Position numbers and translations under genes: made by a program
Notes under the pieces: generated by a model
What the model saw: the letters and a program-made list of their open reading frames with translations, nothing else
Told to the model about the DNA's origin: nothing
The model's database searches: none
Part shown: positions 1 through 6,271 of the stretch, piece by piece
Layout of the letters: the number at the start of each line of letters is the position of its first letter
Position numbering within the stretch: the first letter of the stretch is position 1
Assembly: GCA_039801565.1 (NCBI GenBank)
Contig: JBDRUX010000054.1
Location: forward strand, 1-16,539
DNA length: 16,539 bases
Origin: a candidate division WOR-3 bacterium
GTDB lineage: Bacteria; Hydrothermota; Tepidihabitantia; Tepidihabitantales; JAOUPE01
Reading direction: 5' to 3'

Positions 1-874
1 AGAATTGGGCTATCATCTAAAACGAAGAATAGTTACATCTCACATTTAGAGAAAGGCAGATTAAAGAATCCTGCCTTAGGGTTAATTCTTCTTTACCTAC
101 GTGCCTGTGGTGCGTCTTGGGTTGAATTTTTTAGAGAACTGGATAGAATTGATTTTAAACATAGACACGAAAAGATGATGGCACAACTGCCAACACCGCC
201 ATCAAACAGAAAAATTGAACGGGATGCGATGCGCTACGAGGTCGGTATTGAGATACCTTCCAAAGCCGAAACGGAAATTGATTTTGAACGATTGAAAAAG
301 CAGATTAAAGATAAAGTTGCAAGCTTATTAGCTAAAGACCGAGTTGCTGACAACCAAATCAATTCTCCCAATTTCGAATTTTGAATGAAATTATTAATTT
401 TAAAACCGGTAGCTGAATTAAATGAGTCCGGAATGAAATTGATAACCGAGAAACATCAGAAAGTTGGATTACAATTTCATCTGCTTTTTAAGATAAAAAA
501 GAAGATAATCAATTCGGTATTGCGCGCTGAAATTAAGAGATTAGAATCAAAAACCATTGCCAACCGAAAAGCAAGCAAGAATGGCGATTGGCTTTGCTAA
601 ATATCGAATCGCAATTGAAGAACTTGAAGCCGAAGTTCATAAATTACTTTGCGAGTTGGGTGTTCCGACTGCTTGGTTTGCCTCTTATAAGGCTTTTATC
701 CGCCAACGTGTGAAAATATTGAAAAGATATTATGGCAGCAAGCGATGGAATGGAAAAATCGCCACAACTATCAGCCATTGGGTGAATGCGGGTTTGAAGC
801 AAGATGTCCTTTTACAATTAAAAGATAAGACCATTACGAGTTTTGTTTCAATGCTTAAACAAGGGATGGTTTAA
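1..874 (+). pseudogene. XRE-family helix-turn-helix protein with two tandem helical C-terminal domains; 5' end outside window; one in-frame stop and one frameshift (pseudogene or assembly error)
   Basis: Frame 1 is open from base 1 (RIGLSSKTKNSYISHLEKGRLKNPALGLILLYLRACGASWVEFF, an XRE-like S-Y-I-S-x-L-E-x-G...N-P pattern) through ORF 175..384. TGA at 382-384 is followed directly by in-frame ORF 385..600. Coding then shifts frame in the A-run at 549-553 into ORF 557..874 (PLPTEKQARMAIGF...). Confidence 0.75.
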
Positions 875-875
875 T

Positions 876-1769
876 TTGGCAATAAAGCCAGCCTATTTGA
901 GCATAGATTTAAAAGTAAAAAAAGACCGGGCACTCGAATTATTAAAAAATTGCCAACTTTGTCCAAGAGAATGTAAAGTTAACCGATTAGAGGGCGAAAT
1001 TGGTTATTGCCAGACTGGGCGCTATGCAATTGTTTCTTCTTTTGGACCGCATTTTGGCGAAGAACCAGAACTGGTTGGGACTAATGGTTCTGGGACAATC
1101 TTTTTTGCTTATTGCAATCTCAGTTGCCAATATTGCCAAAATTATGACATAAGTCAGTTGGGTTACGGACAGGTCACCAATGCCAATGAATTGGCAAAGA
1201 TGATGCTATCATTACAGAAGATGGGCTGTCATAATATTAACTTAGTCAGTCCGACCCATATTGTTGCTCAATTTCTTGAAGCCTTAGTCATTGCTAAAGA
1301 AAAGGGGTTAAGGTTACCAATTGTTTATAATACGGGCGGCTATGATTCAATCCAGACTTTAAGATTGCTGGAAGGTGTAGTTGACATATATATGCCGGAT
1401 GCGAAATATTCGGATAGCGAACTGGCGCAAAAATATTCTAAGGCACCCGATTATTTTGCAATTAATCAAAGGGCAATAAAAGAGATGTATCGGCAAGTTG
1501 GGGATTTAGTAACCGACGAAAAGGGTGTGGCGGTAAGGGGACTTTTGGTCCGCCATCTGGTCTTGCCCAATCGGCTTGCTGGGTCATTTAAAGTCTTAGA
1601 GTTTATTGCTAATGAAATCTCAAAAGACACTTATGTTAATATTATGGCGCAATATCGTCCTTGTTATCGGGCTGACAGGTATTTGGAATTAGCTCGGCGG
1701 ATTACTCATTTTGAATATCAGGAAGTTATTGACTACGCCAGAAAATTAGGCTTACACCGGGGATTTTGA
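876..1769 (+). CDS. Radical SAM protein, PflX-like (pyruvate formate-lyase activating enzyme-like, uncharacterised)
   Basis: N-terminal CQLCPREC, HFGEEPELVGTNGSGTIFF, radical SAM CX3CX2C motif CNLSCQYC(QN), VYNTGGYD, DIYMPDAKY and GLLVRHLVLP. Start placed at TTG 876 (AAGGGA at 861-866 upstream; 1 nt after the previous stop) rather than 843. Confidence 0.9.
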   Translation: MAIKPAYLSIDLKVKKDRALELLKNCQLCPRECKVNRLEGEIGYCQTGRYAIVSSFGPHFGEEPELVGTNGSGTIFFAYCNLSCQYCQNYDISQLGYGQVTNANELAKMMLSLQKMGCHNINLVSPTHIVAQFLEALVIAKEKGLRLPIVYNTGGYDSIQTLRLLEGVVDIYMPDAKYSDSELAQKYSKAPDYFAINQRAIKEMYRQVGDLVTDEKGVAVRGLLVRHLVLPNRLAGSFKVLEFIANEISKDTYVNIMAQYRPCYRADRYLELARRITHFEYQEVIDYARKLGLHRGF

Positions 1770-1775
1770 AAACCG

Positions 1776-2070
1776 TTACCTTAAGGAATCAACTTCGACT
1801 CTTTTAAGAATAGTAATGGTCGGTAGAAAATAGAAATAATCAGCTGGAGTGTATCCTCGGCACGCTTTGGGCAATTTAATGCCAAATAATTGAATAGCAT
1901 TCTCGAAATTAGCGACTTTTTTGAATTCTTGGCTGAATAATATTCGGTTGAAATAGCGATTTTCAACTGGGAATAGATTAGGTGCTCTTAGATCCAATCA
2001 TAAGCTTTGATGCGGGGTCTTTTGCTGCCATAATTGAATCTAAAATTAATGAATAGGATAATGAACTCAT
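1776..2070 (-). pseudogene. Possible degraded gene fragment or small hypothetical ORF
   Basis: A 73-codon open frame (1776..1997) is preceded immediately by an in-frame TGA, and a separate short ATG ORF starts at 2070 in another frame. It fills an otherwise unexplained ~400-bp gap; no recognisable motif. Confidence 0.25.
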
Positions 2071-2135
2071 TTCTCTTTTATAAAACAAACATTCAAACAT
2101 TTTTGCTTTGCAGTGACAGATTTTCCATAACTGGC

Positions 2136-2163
2136 TTGACAAACCTGACCTTTTGAATATTAT
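2136..2163 (+). promoter_or_regulatory. Sigma70-type promoter for the PKD/beta-propeller gene
   Basis: TTGACA (2136-2141), 16-bp spacer, TATTAT (2158-2163); ATG follows at 2173 with no Shine-Dalgarno. Confidence 0.65.
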
Positions 2164-2172
2164 TAATACTCG

Positions 2173-3582
2173 ATGATTGCTATTTTACTATTAATCACAA
2201 TCCAATCGCCAATTCAAGTCAACCAGCCCCCCCTCGTGCCGGATTCGATAAAATATCCGACTTATGCCGATACCGCTTGGCCAATCACCTTGTTGTTTAA
2301 AACCAAAGACCCAGAAGGAGATAGTGTTGCTTATCAGATTGATTGGGGTGATGATACGGTCTTGGTCTGGTCAAAATTCTTTCCTTCTGGGATTGAGATT
2401 GAACAGACCCACACTTATAAAAAGTTGGGTAATTTCACAATTCGGGTTCGGTTAAAAGACCAATATGAAAGCATCTCAAATTGGTCGGAGCCACTGCCAA
2501 TCACAGTGGGTGAGCCTATTGTTAAGTGGCAGTTTGAGGCAATCGGCGGTATCTATTCTACCCCGGCTTTAGATAAAGATGATAATATCTATTTTGGCAC
2601 CGAAGAAGGTTTTCTTTATTCCTTAACTCCTGAGGGTACTTTACGCTGGATTTTTCAAGCCCGGGGAGCAATCTATGCATCACCGGTGATTGGTAAAAAT
2701 GGCATCTTTTTTGGTTGTACGGACAGTTTGCTTTATTGTTTAGATTTCAATGGTCAAAAACTTTGGGAATTTCGGACCAACGGCGAGATTTACTCAACGC
2801 CCGCCATTGACCAAAAGGATAATATCATTTTTGGCAGCGATGACGGTTTCGTCTATGCATTAAATGAAAGAGGCAAATTAATCTGGTCCTATAAAACTGG
2901 CGAGGCTTGCTCATTTTCACCCGCTATCGGGCCAGACGGTACAATTTATGTGGTCGCCGATTCCCTTTATGCTTTGACACCAGCAGGCAAAAGAAAATGG
3001 ACTTTCCCAGCGCCCGAAGATGGTGAATACTCCACTTCACCGATTGTTGATTGGGAATCCAATGTCTATGTCGGTGGTGATGATGGGTTCCTCTATTCCT
3101 TTTATCCCAATGGCCGCTTACGCTTCCGCGCCGCAGTCTTAGATGAAGACCAAATCCGGTCCGAATTGACCCTCGGTATCGGCGATACTGTGCTATTAGG
3201 TTGTGAGGACGGTTTTGTCTACAAAAAGGGTAGATACGGTCCTTTAATTCCAGTTTATGCGACCGATGACGAAATATTGGCAGCACCGGTGATGGATGAA
3301 GCAGGACATATCTATGTTTTATCTGAGGACGGTTACTTCTATTGTTTAGAACGCGATGGCAGGTTGCGCTGGAAATTGGAGATTGCCTTTGGCGAAAAAA
3401 CGGTTTATATAACCTCCGCAGCAACAATCGGGAAAGATGGCACAATCTATGTCGGCACCCAGGATAATATTCTTTATGCCTTTAACGGAAGTTCTGGCAT
3501 TCCTGACAGCCCTTGGCCAACTTTCCAGCAAAATGTGCGCCATACCGGCAGAGTCGAAAAATATGAAAAGAAAACTAAGTAG
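2173..3582 (+). CDS. Exported PKD-domain + PQQ-like (BamB-like) beta-propeller repeat protein
   Basis: Hydrophobic N-terminus; PKD-like DPEGDSVAYQIDWGD...HTY...G.FTIRV...SNWS; about eight repeats of the type W.F...G.IYSTPA+D.D.NIYFG..DG.LY.L...G...W; C-terminal SPWPTFQQNVRHTG. Confidence 0.88.
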   Translation: MIAILLLITIQSPIQVNQPPLVPDSIKYPTYADTAWPITLLFKTKDPEGDSVAYQIDWGDDTVLVWSKFFPSGIEIEQTHTYKKLGNFTIRVRLKDQYESISNWSEPLPITVGEPIVKWQFEAIGGIYSTPALDKDDNIYFGTEEGFLYSLTPEGTLRWIFQARGAIYASPVIGKNGIFFGCTDSLLYCLDFNGQKLWEFRTNGEIYSTPAIDQKDNIIFGSDDGFVYALNERGKLIWSYKTGEACSFSPAIGPDGTIYVVADSLYALTPAGKRKWTFPAPEDGEYSTSPIVDWESNVYVGGDDGFLYSFYPNGRLRFRAAVLDEDQIRSELTLGIGDTVLLGCEDGFVYKKGRYGPLIPVYATDDEILAAPVMDEAGHIYVLSEDGYFYCLERDGRLRWKLEIAFGEKTVYITSAATIGKDGTIYVGTQDNILYAFNGSSGIPDSPWPTFQQNVRHTGRVEKYEKKTK

Positions 3583-3668
3583 CCAGAAAACATCGGCTCT
3601 TGGTTGTAGACTGACAAGATTGCATTGTTATCATTTCAAAGTCCCAAGGTTTTTGGTATTTTCTAATA

Positions 3669-3704
3669 GTTAAAGAGTTCGAATGGCTTAACATTGTTTA
3701 AGGA
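3669..3704 (+). repeat. Degenerate ~9-bp tandem repeat (GTTYAA-like), copy 1
   Basis: gttaaaga-gttcgaatg-gcttaacatt-gtttaagga directly upstream of ATG 3706; the most degenerate of the three tracts. Confidence 0.4.
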
Positions 3705-3705
3705 T

Positions 3706-5409
3706 ATGTGTAATCTCATCTTACTTTTTTTAATTTTGCAAAACTTCAATTTTGTGGTTTTAGGGGACCGGACTGGGGGAGCAAAAGATGAAGTTTTTGA
3801 ACAAATCATTAAAGAAATTAAAATCCTCAAACCCGATTTTTTAATTACGGTCGGAGATCTAATCGAAGGTTATACCAATAAAAAAGAAACGGTTGAATCG
3901 GAATGGAATTACGTTTTAGGCCAAATGAACCAAATCGCTATTCCTTTCTATCTAACTCCAGGCAATCACGATATCTGGGATGCTCAAAGTGAATCAATTT
4001 ATATCCGCCATTTTGGTAAGACCTATTATTCATTTGATTATCAGAGATGTCATTTTGTGATAATTGATAATAGCCGGTGCGATTCATTTGCCGAGATTCC
4101 GCAAATTCAATTAGAGTGGTTAAAACGAGATCTCAAAAGACATAAGCGAGCACCTTTGACTTTCTGCTTCTTACATAAACCGTTTTGGCATTATCCAAGC
4201 CAAGCTGAAAAAATCCATCAAATTTTTAAGCAAGGCGGCGTAGATTATGTCTTCTCGGGTCATAATCATCACTATTTTAGTAAGATTTGGGACAGTATTG
4301 TTTATATTCAAGTTGGTCCGTCCGGCAGTCGTTATAAAAACTATACTAAAGAAGCGCAAGGGGCTTTTCAAAATTACCTATTAGTTAAGATTAAAAATAA
4401 CCAGGCACAAGTCATTGTGATTAAACCTGGTAATATTATACCTTATGATATTGTTACCGAAGCTGCCATTAAGGCGATTGACCGAATTGAACAGGAGTTG
4501 GTGCAAATTTCAAGAATTAAAGTTCTGGAAAATCAAACGATTCAGGATACCATCAGTTTAACAATCAAAAATATTACCGATTTTGACCTGAACACAAAAA
4601 TTAAGTGGACCGCTGATTCAACAAGTTGGCAGATTATTCCGGAAAGCGCTATTTGTATTTTGCCCAGTAAAAGTAGCGGCTACTACAGATTTAATTGCCG
4701 GTTAACAAAACCCGAAAGTATCTTTCCTTTGCCGAGATTATCTTTAAGGTGCCCTTATGGATTGAATCGAGAATACGAGATAAGAAAATTTCTACCGATA
4801 CAGCGGGTTGTACCCAGTTATTTTGCTCCAAAACCACCAATTATTGATGGGCAATTAAATGATGCGATTTGGCGGAGCCAAAAACCGTTAACGGCTTTTG
4901 GAAACTCAGAAGGGTTACGGTCAGAAATTGAACAGACCGCGGTCTATTTTGCTTATGATGAAAATAACCTTTATATCGGTGCAAAATGTGATGAATCCGA
5001 AGTTACCAAGCTAAGCACTAAAGTGACCAGTTATGATGGCACGGTTTATCAAGATGACCACCTAAATTTTATTCTTCAACCCAATTTAGATTCCTCCGTT
5101 TATTACCAAATTTTTATTAATCCGTTAGGCACCGTCAGTGACCGAAAATGCTGGCTGGAAGAGACCAGGAGTATCAAAGACCAGAGTTGGAACTTAATCG
5201 CACAAGTTAAGGTGAATCAGGCAAAAGATAACTGGACTTTAGAATTGGCAATCCCTTTTGCTCAATTTATTAATTATTCTAAAGAAAATTGGGGGTTAAA
5301 TCTCGTCCGTTATCAACACCGTTTGAATAAGATTGGAGTCTTTCAAGTTCCTTTTGCCCATGACCCTAAGACCTTTGCTTTCATAAAATTCCTTCGCTCG
5401 GCTAAGTAA
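3706..5409 (+). CDS. Exported calcineurin-like metallophosphoesterase fused to an Ig-like region and a C-terminal CBM9-like/DOMON sugar-binding domain
   Basis: Metallophosphoesterase motifs GD(RTGG), GDLIEG, PGNHD, LHKP and GHNH. C-terminal PPIIDGQLNDAIW...T.VYFAYDENNLYIG..C...DDHL.F...NPLG..SD...WTLELAIPF...WGLNLVR is typical of CBM9-like domains. Start at ATG 3706 (or TTG 3694). Confidence 0.85.
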   Translation: MCNLILLFLILQNFNFVVLGDRTGGAKDEVFEQIIKEIKILKPDFLITVGDLIEGYTNKKETVESEWNYVLGQMNQIAIPFYLTPGNHDIWDAQSESIYIRHFGKTYYSFDYQRCHFVIIDNSRCDSFAEIPQIQLEWLKRDLKRHKRAPLTFCFLHKPFWHYPSQAEKIHQIFKQGGVDYVFSGHNHHYFSKIWDSIVYIQVGPSGSRYKNYTKEAQGAFQNYLLVKIKNNQAQVIVIKPGNIIPYDIVTEAAIKAIDRIEQELVQISRIKVLENQTIQDTISLTIKNITDFDLNTKIKWTADSTSWQIIPESAICILPSKSSGYYRFNCRLTKPESIFPLPRLSLRCPYGLNREYEIRKFLPIQRVVPSYFAPKPPIIDGQLNDAIWRSQKPLTAFGNSEGLRSEIEQTAVYFAYDENNLYIGAKCDESEVTKLSTKVTSYDGTVYQDDHLNFILQPNLDSSVYYQIFINPLGTVSDRKCWLEETRSIKDQSWNLIAQVKVNQAKDNWTLELAIPFAQFINYSKENWGLNLVRYQHRLNKIGVFQVPFAHDPKTFAFIKFLRSAK

Positions 5410-5439
5410 TAACGGGACTTAAGTTCTTGCAGTTTTAAA

Positions 5440-5467
5440 TTGACAAATGCGAAAATTTTGTTATGCT
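5440..5467 (+). promoter_or_regulatory. Sigma70-type promoter with extended -10 for the tal-tkt-aminotransferase cluster
   Basis: TTGACA 5440-5445, 16-bp spacer, TG-n-TATGCT (5459-5467). Confidence 0.7.
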
Positions 5468-5611
5468 AAAAGACTACGAAATTAAAAAGAATTAACAATT
5501 TGCCAAAGAAAAATTTCCATCTTGGCAGTTTTGGGATGTTAAAGAAATGATAGTGTTTTGCCAAGTAAGATTTAGTTTTAACGAAACCTTAGACGAGTTA
5601 AGGAGGAATTT

Positions 5612-6262
5612 ATGAAAATCTTTATTGACTCAGCCGATATCAATGAAATCAAGGAAGTAGCCAGTTGGGGAATTCTGGATGGCGTTACCACCAACCCAAC
5701 CTTAGTCTGTAAGACGGGACGGAGTTTTGCGGAATGTGTTAAGGATATTTGTGAAGTGGTTGATGGCCCGATTTCCGTTGAAGCGATAAGTGCCGATGCG
5801 CAAGGAATGGTGCAAGAAGGCGAAGAGTGGGCAAAAATAAATCCCAAAAATATCACAATCAAGATTCCAATGTCAATCGAAGGATTAAAGGCAGTTAAGG
5901 CGTTAAGGGCAAAAAATATAATGACCAATGTCACTTTAGTCTTTAGCCCTAATCAGGCGCTTTTAGCGGCAAAGGCTGGAGCAACCTTTGTCAGCCCATT
6001 TGTTGGCAGGCTTGATGATATTTCCCATTTCGGAATGGAAATCGTTTCGGATATCGTTCAAATTTTCAAGAACTACGGCTTTGATACCGAGGTGATTGTT
6101 GCCAGTATTCGCAATCCTTTACACGTTGTGACTGCAGCACGGATGGGCGCTCACATTGCTACTGTCCCTTATAATGTTTTAAAATTGATGGTTAGCCATC
6201 CGCTAACCGATATTGGAATTAAAAAGTTTTTAGACGACTACAAAAAAATTCCTAAACAATAA
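5612..6262 (+). CDS. tal: Transaldolase, short TalC/FSA family
   Basis: [16 protein letters not shown], Schiff-base Lys in [22 protein letters not shown] and ASIRNP; RBS AAGGAGG upstream. Confidence 0.95.
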   Translation: MKIFIDSADINEIKEVASWGILDGVTTNPTLVCKTGRSFAECVKDICEVVDGPISVEAISADAQGMVQEGEEWAKINPKNITIKIPMSIEGLKAVKALRAKNIMTNVTLVFSPNQALLAAKAGATFVSPFVGRLDDISHFGMEIVSDIVQIFKNYGFDTEVIVASIRNPLHVVTAARMGAHIATVPYNVLKLMVSHPLTDIGIKKFLDDYKKIPKQ

Positions 6263-6271
6263 GGAGGTTAA

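Noticed and set aside
382..384. TGA readthrough (selenocysteine or genetic code 4/25)
   Set aside because: TGA is a normal stop for the radical SAM, porA, porC and porD genes. No SECIS-like hairpin follows, and a separate frameshift exists downstream.
175..600. ORFs 175..384 and 385..600 as independent small genes
   Set aside because: Frame 1 is open from base 1 with an HTH motif, and the internal repeat shows they are fragments of one gene.
1..1769. Intact prophage or provirus at the left edge
   Set aside because: No integrase, replication, packaging or other structural genes in the window; sequence left of base 1 cannot be seen.
2264..4371. Alternative-frame and antisense ORFs 2264..2455, 2924..3445, 3346..3543, 3437..3673 and 4171..4371
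   Set aside because: They overlap well-supported CDSs and have no motifs; shadow ORFs.
5463..5495. Mini-ORF MLKDYEIKKN as a tal leader peptide
   Set aside because: Its ATG lies inside the predicted -10 box, so it would not be on that transcript; no regulatory codon cluster.
5520..5566. TTGGCA boxes as a sigma54 promoter
   Set aside because: No TTGC -12 element at the required spacing on either strand.
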